From Botryllus schlosseri (taxonomy: Eukaryota), in assembly GCA_051294905.1 (NCBI GenBank), contig CM119372.1:35528001-35592000 (forward strand): DNA of 64,000 bases, given 5' to 3'. The notes beneath the pieces are model-generated. The model searched no databases and was not told the DNA's origin. It was given only the letters and a program-made list of their open reading frames with translations. Of the stretch, positions 52,392 through 64,000 are shown one piece after another. Position 1 is the stretch's first letter, and the number at the start of each line of letters is the position of its first letter. The position numbers were made by a program, and so were the translations under genes.

Positions 52392-52871
52392 ATGTGCAGT
52401 CGACAAAACGTCATGCATATCATTGCGTCTAATAAAACAGGAATTTAAGACATTATTTAATTGATTCATTAAAGATTTTTGATGATAATATATACTAGGT
52501 TGCATATGTCGTCATGCTACTCATAAAATTAAAAGTATGTTGGTACTCGAGTGGATTTTCGGATTAATTTATCTATTCAGTCGTACGTCACTGAAGACAA
52601 CTGGAAGTGAAATCTATCCCGTGATGTAATCAATACCAGAGGTATAATTCATGTGCACGGTGGGCGTGATACCCTTAAAACTAAAATTTCCCCATCATTT
52701 TTACGCATCACCCTTAATCATGATTTGATCCATATATTTGAGTGAATCAATGGCGATGCAACTATTTCCCGACCCGGGGCAATCATAAAACACATCTGAG
52801 AGAGTATATAAACTTATGTGCATTGCGATTTTGCAATTGTGTCATTGTCATAGGAGAGCGTCGGTGCAAAA

Positions 52872-52938
52872 ATGAAGTTGATTCTGTTGGTCGGATTGTT
52901 TGTGTTCTCTGCACAGTCGCAGTTCCCTTCAGCTGCAG
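52872..52938 (+). CDS. Lectin exon 1 (signal peptide)
   Basis: aaaATG start; hydrophobic MKLILLVGLFVFSAQSQFPSAA; phase-1 donor gtaagt. Confidence 0.8.
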
Positions 52939-55900
52939 GTAAGTTTGATGTAAGATAGTAGGCACATTAAAGTGAATAATGAAGTTAACTGCTTCAAAAA
53001 TTCTGTGTGAGTTCAAGGACAATATAGCACTCGGGTGGGCGAACTACGGCCCGTAGGTCGCATGCGACCCGCAACACCATTATGTACGGCCCGCAAAAGG
53101 CTCGGTAAACGTATTTGAATATTTACAACATGCGTAGTGAAAATCTAATCACTGCAGGGACTCGATTGAACTTTTTATGAATATATTTCACCAAGATAAA
53201 TATATGTTACATTCTTTCTAAAGTATATTTTTACATCATTCCTGGGCGATGGCCCAGCCTCCTCGAGGCCCACGCATTTAACAAGGCGTCAACTGCTAAA
53301 CATCACAAAAAGTCAAAACGGGAATGACTATTGGATCACAAGTGTGATTTAACATTGGTTACTCCAGCAAGCTAACTACTTTTACTGCTGTACTTGGAAA
53401 AACCGATTCGCGCGTGTGTTAGGTAGATTCGTTCTCTGTATGTGCAAAAGCATTTACATATATAAAATCGATATATTTTAGCGGGAGCGTATTTGATGCA
53501 AACATGATTATGAAGCTGTCAGCATTGTGCGTCCTGGAGTTGATCCAAAAGTAGAATCAGCAAATCTATAAACAGATCACACTGTTCACAGATTCAACTC
53601 GCCATCATGTTCGAAGAATCGGGACAACCGACTCTCATCCCTGTATAGTTTTGAAAATTGGTTATTGAGGTTGACCAGCTTGTGAAACCTCGCAAATGTT
53701 TCTGGCGCGTGCATGATATCATCAAACCAATGGTTGATTTTTTTGAATAAACATCTATAATATTTCAATATCCTCAATAGATAATCAAATATCAATATTG
53801 CGTTTTGGTTTATAATTCCACTTTTATATAGTTCGACCCGCGAATAGATGAAAATATTGAATGTGGTCGTCAGGGGAGAAGTTTATCCAGCCCTGGAATA
53901 GCATATATTTCAGATTCCACACCGTGTCTCACAATGAGAATACCTGGATCTAGATAAAGTAGCCCATAGTCAAGCAGGACAGAATATACGTTTTTTGTTT
54001 AGTGACTTTTATTGCAAATATCAGCGAGTCGATGTCATGATTGATTTGCAAAGGCAAGGGACCTTATCAAATCATCTCCCTCGCTAAATTAGCTTCGTCA
54101 ACACGAAGAGATGACTATCTGGAGGGTGGGTAATCGTTACAGTGACATTCCACGAACTATGGTGCACATGTGAACAATAAATCGGTTTAGTTCCATCAAA
54201 AGAACAGTGATTGTGGGGGGTCACCAGTCCAACATGCGGCCTCCACAATCTTTCAGTGAAAAGCTGGCAAAAGTACCTCTTTTTAAAAATAAGTTGTGGT
54301 ATCTCATAACCTGCCTATGTTCGATATTTTATTTTAAACAATCATGAATTTTCGTCATTGTATGTCCTATATTTAATGTTGTGTAGGTCTCAGGTTCTCA
54401 TAAATATCACATACCGTTTACCATTCTTTTAGCAGGAAGTGTAACAATCTGCGAGCATGGAACGATGAAAATATCTTGTGATAAATCTACGGAGATCCAC
54501 ATAACAGATGCAAGCTACGGAAGACAGGACGGTGCCGAAACGTATGATGCCTTGTTTGTTATATATTCTCACGGGATAGAACGACGGGCTAATCTACTGC
54601 ATAATTATTCTCCAAAAGCGAACAATTATTCGATGACATCGTCCGCGTTACATATATTGTCGTTTTAATGATTTGGTCTTTAGATCTTAAACTCTATTCG
54701 CTATTTCCTATATGATTCGTCAACGCAATGCTGTTATTCTCCAATAGTAACAAAGCAAATGGTGTTCAAGTTACTGCTGATACAATAGCCGTCCATTTCC
54801 AGACATATTGATCTTCATGTTTGACGACGCATGCGGAACAGAGACTTTATCTTGAAATATCCGATCACAACATGCTGAATTATAATTCTATCAACATAGG
54901 TCACTTGAGTAAGTAGCGCTGATAGCCAAAGCCTACCGGAGTACCCCAGAATAGTAGAAGCATACTTCGTTGCACATCACCTGTACAACTACCGCTAGCA
55001 ACTCAGTCTTTAGCCTGACAGTATGCAAATCCATATTGATATTTTAATACGACGTAAGCAATCCGCAGTTCTCATACTCATTGTATGTATTTCAACCTGT
55101 GGAAGCGGAGTTATTGCCGTCGAAAAATTTGGATTTGAATAAAATAGTATTTACGGTGAGCACAACTATAATAAATAAACAAAGAATCGGTCACCGTAAA
55201 TACTATTTTATTCAAATCCAAATTTTTCGACGGCAATAACTCCGCTTCCACTGGTTGGAATTGAACCAAATTTGGTGAGCATCGTTTCTATAGACAGCCT
55301 AACATTTTCATGGAGTGAACAGAAAATTTTCAAATTTTTATTATTTATTTTTATATAATAAATAGAAACTTTCTTCTCCTGTAGCAAAGCGGTTACTGGC
55401 TGGAATTGAACCAAATTTTGTGTTTAGGCTTAAATTAGGTAACCTAACAATTTTATCAAGTAGCCAGTACGATTTGAGAAAAAAAGTCATTTTTGAAGAG
55501 CCCTATTGTACATACATGAAAATTCACCTCGACACTTCTTTCAACTACAGATGCCCGCATCCATCGATCAGGCACAAGACGTACGATTGTCACGCTGAAT
55601 CAAGTGAGCACGTGCTCATGGAGGCCTGCGAAGGAAAGTCGGCATGCCTTGTCGACGCCAAGAATGGTGTCTTTGGTGATCCGTGCCCCGGTATATTCAA
55701 GTATTTGCGGGTGTCATATCAATGCATTGAGCCAACGAGTAAGTACAAAATTACGAGTGATATATGCCTAATATGCGGTAACTGAACAGGCGAAAATGAC
55801 CCGTGACGATGTTCTCTTACGTTTTCGGGTTAGTCAAGTGGATTTTGAAGACTTTGCACTATTTACTAAAGTGGTTACGTTTTGGTTAACTTCTGCTTTC

Positions 55901-58900
55901 ACTTCAAGAGTATTTTAGGCTAATCTACTTGCGTTTAGTACAGGGGAAGGGAAATATACCGGGATTTTGAGCGGGAACCAGGACAGTTTCCAACCTGAGA
56001 AAGACGCCGAATAAACTGTATACTTGTTACTAGGATATACATATATTTGCGTGCGAATATTTCCGTCAATGAACTTTAACTTTATTGACGTTCACGTGAA
56101 GTCTCTGTCATAGGGGTTTGCAGGGACATGCATCCAGAATTCAAAGAACATGTTGACAACTTTGATCGACCACAGATGTTTCGTTGAAGTTACCACCTAC
56201 TGAAGTACATTACGTTGATAAATTCATTAAATACTGCGACTGTATGCTTCAAACTTAAAGTTTATAATAAATACGATTTATTACTTGTATATGTGGATAA
56301 ATACGCGATCAATGTACCAATTCAGGAATCCCATATCAGGCCCGCCAACTAGGAATGTTGCCACGCTTGCTTTAATACTTGGTATCTGGTAAAGTGTGGA
56401 AATAGTATTTCTGTTATGAGTATAGAAATGTCATAGATTTTACATATGGATAACGGTAATAGTAATTTTGCGAAACTGGTTTTGCAATTTCGAAAGTAGT
56501 CGTTTTGTTCACCCAATGAAAACATACGACCTATGCACTCAGTCTACTCCACGAAACTGCTTACCTAGCAGTTTTCATACGATCATATTCTACTTCCGCT
56601 TGAAGTAGGTTTGAAAGGTCTCGTAATTTGGTACCTCTACTTATAGCTGCGTAGAATCCACGTCTACTTGAGTAGAAACGCAAATTATTTTGACTACTTC
56701 TCTGCATTACACAACTATGGTGACATTAAAGATATCTGTTTTTTCTTCCATATCCCTGCCGATCAATAGGTTAAGTATGTCTCCTTGTAGTCCCCCTAGC
56801 CCAGGGGTCATCAATATGCGACCAGGGGGTGTATATCTAGGAACGTATGCACGAACAGATACTGTACGAAACGTTGGAGTTTTTTTAATATTGCAGTGTT
56901 GCTTTGATGACCATGCTATTTAAGATTTTAAACTCGTATAGGGCATACTCCAGCTGGCTGATCCATTTTTGTTACGATCAGATCTAGCCACATGGTGTGC
57001 CCAAGCCCATGATCGTCTCCGCTCCGCTGTGAGTTTTCCATTGCATTCCATTCCATTTAAATTATGCCTTTGTTAATAAACAATACATGGACCTAACGGA
57101 CTGCTCTCTTATGTTTTCAAAGTAAAAAGCGAAACCGTTTGCGAACATAAGAGGATGAACATCGCTTGCGGAGATTACAAGAAAATTAAAATTGAAGGCG
57201 CCAGATACGGAAGAACAGATAATAGAGAAACGTATGTTGGCTACACTCTACCTTCACATGCTCACGGTACATTACTTCAAGACTTAAAAATTCGTGAAAA
57301 TTGTCCTCGTCATTTCCACTGAATCAGTGGTTCCAAACCAGAGTTATTGGGCCGATGTCATCGGTTAGCAGAGTTAATGACATACAGCGACTCATACGGA
57401 ATGAGTCATACTGATTCGCAGTGAATATTTGATACAGGCCTACTGTCTTTCCTTTTGAGTGTGTGTTTTAATGCTATTTTTTGCATTTATCACTGTCATT
57501 GGTGCATAGTTCGTTTCGTACGCTGGTATTCTATAGGAATTCCAAACAATTTGTATTTGGACTAGACAAAAATTAACGTATCGCCAAGGGGTAACCGTGT
57601 GGAAGCCATGAGTTCTCCATATTAGGGAAAATTAAGAAGTACAGCTTCGCATCCACCAGGTGTCCGCATCCCTCAGTCACGTCCAAGACGTATGATTGCC
57701 GCGCTGCGTCAAGTGATCGAGTGCTATTTGAGGCCTGCGAAGGGAAGTCCCGGTGCCATGTCGACGCGACGAATGGTGTGTTTGGTGATCCGTGTCCTGG
57801 CCTATTCAAGTATTTGCGGGTCGCATATCGATGCGTAGTGCCACCGCGTAAGTAAAGCACGGAATTCAGAGTGATTAATGCCTAATATGTGTATTATGCG
57901 GGTAGGTTAGCGGTGCTTAATGCATTGTCAAATGTATCGGGAGTTCGTCACAAATGTAACCAATTCAAATTTTATTAATAATGACTAGGGCAAGTTTTTG
58001 CAACTTTTGCAACTTTTGCAACTTTTTTTACAGCTTCCTGGATACTGAGATTCTATATCTTATGATGATTTAAGCAGTTTGGAGGGATTTTATATTGCAA
58101 CTTTTTGCAACTTTTCTCTATTTTTCCTGACAATTTTTCGTCAAACTTTTATCAAATATTGTGTGAAATTGTAGAGGAGTGATCGAAAAAGATGCTATAA
58201 ACTAATTCCAATATGGTTCTATTATCTTTGATTTGCATAACAAAGAGCTGGGCTACAGCTGCATCTCACTGTTATCTATGACACAATGGCTTGTAAGCAA
58301 GATGTTCAACTACCACTGCCAAGCACGACCGTGCCCGAAATATATATATAGATAGAGCGCTTTATCAATGTTGTCGTTTAAATTTGAAAACAGTGTCCCA
58401 TTTCACGAACGCCCAGGCGAGACTGCCAAAAATTACATTTTCACCGTGTCACCTTTTCCGGACAATTGATTTTGTTAAGGTCGCCAAGAGTGAGTTTTTA
58501 TGTGATGCCTTGGGTCACGTTTGCAGACCTGAGCGTTTGGGTTGTGTTATTCGACTTGTTTTAGAAAGAAGGTATTATCGCTATGCTGGTTGGCTTTAGA
58601 GGGAAATTATTCCCGCATTGCGTAATTTTCTTGCTGTGAGCCGGAAGATGTAGTTTTTGGCGGTCTCATCAGACCGTTAAATGGTGAAGTAACAAATTTG
58701 ACAGATCTGCAGGAGCTAAGTTGTACAACGGAACCTTTCCAGTATCTCATACCCTAATAGTTCAACAAAAATTATGAATGCAACTTTTTACTGCAACTTT
58801 TGTTAAAATTAAATGCAACTTTCTCGCGATTTTAGTGCAACAAAAACTTGCCCTAATGATGACTATAGGGAAACATTTTGATTCTTGTCACCGATACTTG

Positions 58901-61632
58901 TATTTATTGGTATGGACATGTCTAATCTGGATGACATACAAACCAAGGAACGTCATTCGTGCATAAATCATCTATTGAAACAACAAGTTTGTAGATGATA
59001 AACTGGACCTTGACCTTTATATTGAAATCTGTGTAGGCAACGGTGTGTAATAATGATATAATATAAGGTGAAAAACAGAGTTGATCGGCCGAGATGTAGG
59101 GGAGATGTGGTACCGATGAATCAAAAATTGCAAAATGATCTCTGGCCCTCAAATCTTCAGCCGAGAATAGCGGATCATTTGCTGTCTCAACACTTCGATA
59201 CAAGCTCTACCTATCGCGGACATTTATCTGAATATCCGCCTTTTCAAAAAATATTTATAAACGTTTAAAATTTGTTGCTCGAACGTGTCATCGGTCCCCA
59301 CCCGGTGGGTCCAAAGGCACACGACCATGGGACCAATGGGTCATACGCTCAAAAACTCAAATTTGTTAACTTTTTTTGTTGTCTACTGTAATCTAAGCTA
59401 CAGCAAGCCAATGAAGAATGTTTCGTCGCGACCTTCAAGAATAAAATAGATTATATCATCTCAATTGTTGGCATAAAATCATGTTTTGATTTACGCCTAA
59501 ACTTACAAAATTAATGCCACATACATATAACCCGCAAATCGACATTTTGACTTTCAAATACGTCGTAGTAGCGATAAAACACCACATGTAACTATGATTT
59601 ACAGCGTATATATATGTCGGCGAGTTTCTGTTGTTAAGTGATTAGTTGGTCCATCTATTTTACTTGATTTCGCTATGTTACCATGGGTCCCCCACCCCAT
59701 AAATATTGTAATTGACTTGAAAATAGTCCACTCGATGATGGTTTTGATTCAAAAAATATGTGCCATTATATAACCTGATTCAAGCCCTATACTTCACATC
59801 AAAAATTATGACGGGTTTGTTAGTCTGAAAGGTGATATAGAAAAATGTAAATGTCGATCCAAATTTACTTTACACCCCCTAAAACGTAAATCATTCGTCA
59901 CAGACCCCCTAACTCACGCAGGTCGAATTCTTTTGCATGTGAGGAAAGATTCTGTCAGCATGTAATTGTAGACAAATTAACGGAGTGTCATCATGGAATT
60001 ATCATGGAGTATTTTTCAAGTATTTTCGGTCCCAGTGATCCATCGGTACCACATCTCCCCTACTATTACTCTTGGCATTTTTAAGTTCTCTCATCTGATT
60101 AGCTGATAAAAGTATGCAACCACTGGACCAAAAGTAGTTTCTGAAGGTGTATTTGTATCAGAAATCGACGGAACTACATTTACCTTTTATCTCTGCCGTT
60201 CCCCTCTCTTCCTCGTTTTTGTTCCCTTTTTCATTTCCTTACGTTCGTCTCTTTTATATCGATTCATTTTTATCTCTCTCAGAAGCATGATGTTTAGAAG
60301 TGCAACATCGAATAACTGGCATCATGTAGCTTCGCGCTCATGTTCACTACGGCACGAACAATATCATTATTATCGAATACTAATTCGTCTTTCGTTTTCG
60401 ACTATTTCATTGGTCAGTTCATTGCCGTCTTAACTCCCACATATATTCAAGATCGGGTATATCGACTCCCCCTTGTGTTCCTTATGCTGCGTCCCCGATA
60501 ATGTTTCGCATTTACTAATGAGATGTCGTAAATTTGAATTTCATCGCCGCTTTTTGATTAATCATTTTGTCAATGAAAACGTTGTTTTCTCTTTACAAAA
60601 TCTGTTGACCCTCTATTGCTTAACGATACCAGTTGTGGAATTTATTCTCTCCTACGAATAGTTTCTCTAGATTTATCTATTTCCTTTTCTGAACGTTTCA
60701 TTGAGTATATACTGAGCGTGGCGCAAATAACCATCATCGATTGAAAGCGGCACCTATTTTTTTTTCTTCGTATTAATAATCATAATAATGTTTACTACGA
60801 GTTCGAATCCGTAATGCGTTAGCATTCCTTACGTTCAAATTAATTCTACAGCAAAATCCAAGACCGTGTGTGAGCATCAAAGGATGGATATCCACTGTGG
60901 CGAGTCGAAGAAGATTATAATTGAAAGTGCAAGTTACGGCAGAAATGATGGAGAAACGTAGGTCCACTATTGCTTGCCCCGACTAATTGGCGTAGAATAC
61001 TTAACTTGTCATTACTACTGATATCGAGAATCTAACAACTTCATATAATCGAGAGTATATTATCAAGTATTACGTAATTTTGTTGTATACTGCAACTTAA
61101 TTATCATGATCATCAGTAATCATCATATGATACGATATCCCAATAATATAGTGGAAGAAATTACAAGTACTGAGGTGGATTATCTTGGATTGGAAGATTC
61201 GAACTTTGAGATAAATTGGAATATACCTATATAAACAATGTACTCGTCGAGTACAGAGTCTTATGAAGTATGAAAAGCGGCCCGTCTACTCATTTTAATC
61301 CATAGACCTATGATTTATGCTACTAATTCGATACCCTCTAATAACCGATATGATTAATTATATTCGTTTTTTTATTGAGCTAGTTTCAATGTTAACAACT
61401 GTAACTGCGTATTTGTATGCGATATAATTTAACAATGGCATGTTCATTCATCTACAGATGTCCCCATGTATCGATCAAGACCAACAACTGTCATGCCGAG
61501 TCTAGTGAACGCATGGTGTCTGATGCATGCGACGGAAAGTCGCAATGTCACCTCGCGGCTTCGAATTCCGTGTTCGGTGATCCGTGTGGCGGTACATTCA
61601 AGTACCTGCGAGTCAAACATCGGTGCTTCTGA
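52872..61632 (+). CDS. Secreted rhamnose-binding lectin with three tandem SUEL (Gal_Lectin) domains, 7 coding exons, about 313 aa
   Basis: Exons 52872-52938, 54433-54541, 55551-55738, 57123-57231, 57660-57847, 60852-60957 and 61458-61632, summing to 942 nt in frame. Signal peptide MKLILLVGLFVFSAQS. Each domain has CE, AxYGR, FGDPC and KYL motifs plus 8 Cys. Confidence 0.93.
53030..53895. mobile_element. Decayed hAT (Charlie-like) MITE in lectin intron 1
   Basis: GGGTGGGCGAACTACGGCCCG start and ...CCAGCCCTG end; TSD ATATAGCA/GAATAGCA. Confidence 0.6.
54433..54541 (+). CDS. Lectin exon 2 (SUEL domain 1, N-half)
   Basis: SVTICEHGTMKISCDKSTEIHITDASYGRQDGAET; NAGNAG acceptor, so 54436 is an alternative start. 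Confidence 0.9.
55099..55251. repeat. Perfect 61-bp inverted repeat with a 31-nt spacer
   Basis: 55099-55159 is the exact reverse complement of 55191-55251. Confidence 0.93.
55551..55738 (+). CDS. Lectin exon 3 (SUEL domain 1, C-half)
   Basis: CPHPSIRHKTYDC...FGDPCPGIFKYLRVSYQC. Confidence 0.93.
57123..57231 (+). CDS. Lectin exon 4 (SUEL domain 2, N-half)
   Basis: KSETVCEHKRMNIACGDYKKIKIEGARYGRTDNRET. Confidence 0.9.
57660..57847 (+). CDS. Lectin exon 5 (SUEL domain 2, C-half)
   Basis: CPHPSVTSKTYDC...FGDPCPGLFKYLRVAYRC. Confidence 0.93.
57986..58855. mobile_element. hAT-like MITE with TGCAACTTT subterminal repeats, lectin intron 5
   Basis: TIR TAGGGCAAGTTTTTG; TSD ATAATGAC/ATGATGAC. Confidence 0.85.
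59099..60060. mobile_element. TIR element flanked by TA (Tc1/mariner-pogo-like MITE)
   Basis: TA-GGGGAGATGTGGTACCGATG ... CATCGGTACCACATCTCCCC-TA; 20-bp perfect TIR; superfamily inferred from TA only. Confidence 0.8.
60385..60760 (+). mobile_element. 5'-truncated LINE (I/Nimb-like) 3' end with a CCHC zinc knuckle
   Basis: HCRLNSHI/(frameshift)FKIGYIDSPLCSLCCVPDNVSHLLMRC, the Cx2Cx7Hx4C motif typical of the end of non-LTR ORF2. Confidence 0.7.
60852..60957 (+). CDS. Lectin exon 6 (SUEL domain 3, N-half)
   Basis: KSKTVCEHQRMDIHCGESKKIIIESASYGRNDGET. Confidence 0.9.
61458..61632 (+). CDS. Lectin exon 7 (SUEL domain 3, C-half, stop)
   Basis: CPHVSIKTNNC...FGDPCGGTFKYLRVKHRCF*. Confidence 0.93.
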
Positions 61633-61720
61633 AGCGCGGACGAAATTGATGGATATTACGAATCTTTGTGACTTAGTAATCACTTCGTAACATACGGTCT
61701 TTGACTATTATCTTGTTTCG

Positions 61721-61726
61721 AATAAA
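61721..61726 (+). terminator. Probable polyadenylation signal of the lectin gene
   Basis: First AATAAA after the stop codon, about 90 nt downstream. Confidence 0.6.
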
Positions 61727-62689
61727 ACTGTCGAAAAGCAAGACAATCTAATCGTCGAGTCATGAAATCGCTTCGGTTGAGGAGTCAGTCGTAGAACGGG
61801 GCTCGAACACGATGCCAGCATGCTATAGCTACTGCAAATGCATATGCCCTAAAAAAACGCTGTATGTGAGTTTTTCGATGCTAATCCTTGGATTATACTT
61901 GATCGGTGGATAATCCGAGAATTATCAATGAAAAACTCACATAACACCGCTTCTACTGGTCGGAATTGACTCAAATTTGCTTTACACCGTCTTTGAAGAC
62001 AACTCAACAATTTCGTGGGGCTGGCAAAATAATTTGAAATTTATTTTTAAATTTTACCGAATAAATTAAAAATTTTAGTTGGATCTGCATAGTCTTATAC
62101 TTGTTTGAATTGAACCAAATTTGGTGTGCAGCGTTTTTTAGGGTAACCCGACAATTTAATGACTGAATGGATGGAATCCGGGAAAAAAAGTTATTTTTGA
62201 ACAGCCCTAATGCATATGCATAGATCATGTGTATGTATATCAGGAGTCGTTTTATATGCGGCAAAAACATCAAAGACAAAAATGAACTATGTCCTATTCC
62301 TATTCCTACCGCTACCTATATGAAATATGCCTGTCAAAATGATATACCGACACACCAACATATATCATTGATTCTGTATGGTATACTGTATATTTTGTTA
62401 CCAGTCAATTTTATTCTGATAGCTTACCGTTTTTAATCAGTTGGAAAGCACCAGCGAGGGTCGAATTAGTCACTGATGGTACTAAAGTCTCCCGAAAAGC
62501 AGATGAGGTCAAAGAAGTCACCATTGTTACTCAAGTAGTCGAAACAATATTAATACTTCTTCTTTCTACTCAATTCGGCCTCTAGTAGAAACCGCGGCTT
62601 CAAAGGTATTTCTAATCTACTTCAAGCGGAAGTAGAAAAGGAAAGGTCCTCAAAGTACTCATGTTAGTAGTTATAACTAGTCTAATTGG

Positions 62690-62830
62690 TTTGTTTGTGG
62701 TTTTCAGTATGTTAGTCGACTACCATGGTCATTTACACCAGACCAATTTTTTCACTCTTATTCCTTAGCTGCCGACCTGTAGCACGACCCACTTCTAGGC
62801 TTCTGTAACACATCGCTTACACGGATGATA
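62690..62830 (-). mobile_element. SINE family 1, 3' part
   Basis: GTCGACTACCATGGTCATTTACACCAG...CGCTTACACGGATG matches 48429-49137 without the MITE. Confidence 0.7.
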
Positions 62831-63438
62831 TGGCGAGGAGGAGTCGAGAGGTCGCATACTTTTAGCTGTTATTGGGAGGTTACTATACTTACAAAATTGC
62901 AAGATGGATTTTTGCGAAAAATATATTGACATTGATATGACATTGAGCTAAACTGTAATCCAAACTAATTACTGCGTTTTGAAATCCAAAATGCAGAAAG
63001 TAAGTAGTTTTGCTAGAGAAACTGTTGAGTAGCCTACAAAACTTCTAGATATAGTCTGAAAAAGTATCTACCTGACTAACTTATAGTTCATGCAAGCTGA
63101 ACTTGCCTTGGGACTGCAGAAAGTTTAAATTCTTCTGCGCAGACAGGGATGTCAAACTCACTTCGAGTCACGAGCTGGATTCACACCTTTCTATTCCTTG
63201 CGGTCCGGACGATTGTATTGATGCCAAAATGGTACGTTCAAATACATACCTTACTTTATCAGTTGGGCGTTAGTTATCAAGCCTCTACATCAGTGGTTCT
63301 CTTTTTTGGCTGACTCTCATTAGTAGCGAACGTCAGTGATAGGGTGAATCAAATTCCAAATATGAGAACTATTTTATCTGTATGACGTAATAATAACAGA
63401 AACAAACAACTAGTAGACGGGCAATATACCGTAATAAC

Positions 63439-63660
63439 CAGGGCTTTGGAGCAGCCGCAAATTTGCATTGCTCCAGCTCCGACTCCGGAGCTTTTTTCTA
63501 TCATACATTAGCTCCGGCTCCAGCTCCGGAGCCGCATTATCACCACTGCTCCGGATCCAGCTCCGGCTCCGGCTGTGAAAACTATCGAAGGTGTCTGTCT
63601 AAATCAAGGGTGGGCAACCCGCGGCCTGCGAGCCATATGTGGCCCGCGAGAAGGTTTTGA
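63439..63660. mobile_element. hAT-like left end with a GCTCCG repeat array, followed by a Charlie-like end at about 63605
   Basis: CAGGGCTTTGGAGC followed by multiple GCTCC(A/G) units; CAAGGGTGGGCAACCCGCGGCC at 63605. Confidence 0.55.
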
Positions 63661-64000
63661 GTAGCCCGCGAGCTAATTTCCTATTATATTATCGAAATTC
63701 TGTTATATTATCGAAATTGAATTGCTCAGATTGTGAACTTGCAAGGCCAACCAAAAATATGATTAGTATGGCTGCGACACTTGGGATGTTGATGACTAAA
63801 ATATCAGTTCCGACGCATTGGCAGACCCAGGGTCCAGTCACATTTTTAGTAAATCGTCGCACATTACAATAAACTAAAAAAGTAGTAAAATTTTTCTTCA
63901 CACTTCGCGTGTTTAATTTTGACACGATTTCTTTCTCTGTAGCTTACCCCCACCTGAAAATAAAAAAATCCTGATTTAGCCGATTGAGTCTAACTATATT

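Noticed and set aside
63463..63660. ORF with APAPAP and SGSSSGSG repeats
   Set aside because: It is the translation of a GCTCCG subterminal repeat array at a transposon end.

Overview
Intron-rich, AT-rich animal genomic DNA; the compact introns, gene content and repeats suggest a marine invertebrate chordate such as an ascidian, which is an inference I cannot verify. I assembled three + strand protein-coding genes by hand from GT-AG exons. Two are tandem 7-exon opsin paralogues (7045-13213, 327 aa; 22902-36852, 326 aa), and one is a secreted lectin with three SUEL/rhamnose-binding domains (52872-61632, 313 aa). Both opsins keep the retinal-binding Lys296 and three ciliary-opsin intron positions. 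Both have lost nearly every class-A GPCR activation motif: E/DRY is AHF/AHY, D83N, E247L, NPxxY is SPxxY and NxQFR is NSQMK/NTKMR. They also carry Y113 and D181 at the counterion positions. The rest of the window is a dense, often nested mobile-element landscape. It includes hAT-type MITEs with 8-bp target-site duplications (TSDs), a Kolobok-like TTAA element, a 1.57-kb foldback element, two tRNA-derived SINE families, LINE remnants and Penelope-like fragments carrying minimal type I hammerhead ribozyme motifs. Most ORF-track entries are non-coding noise.
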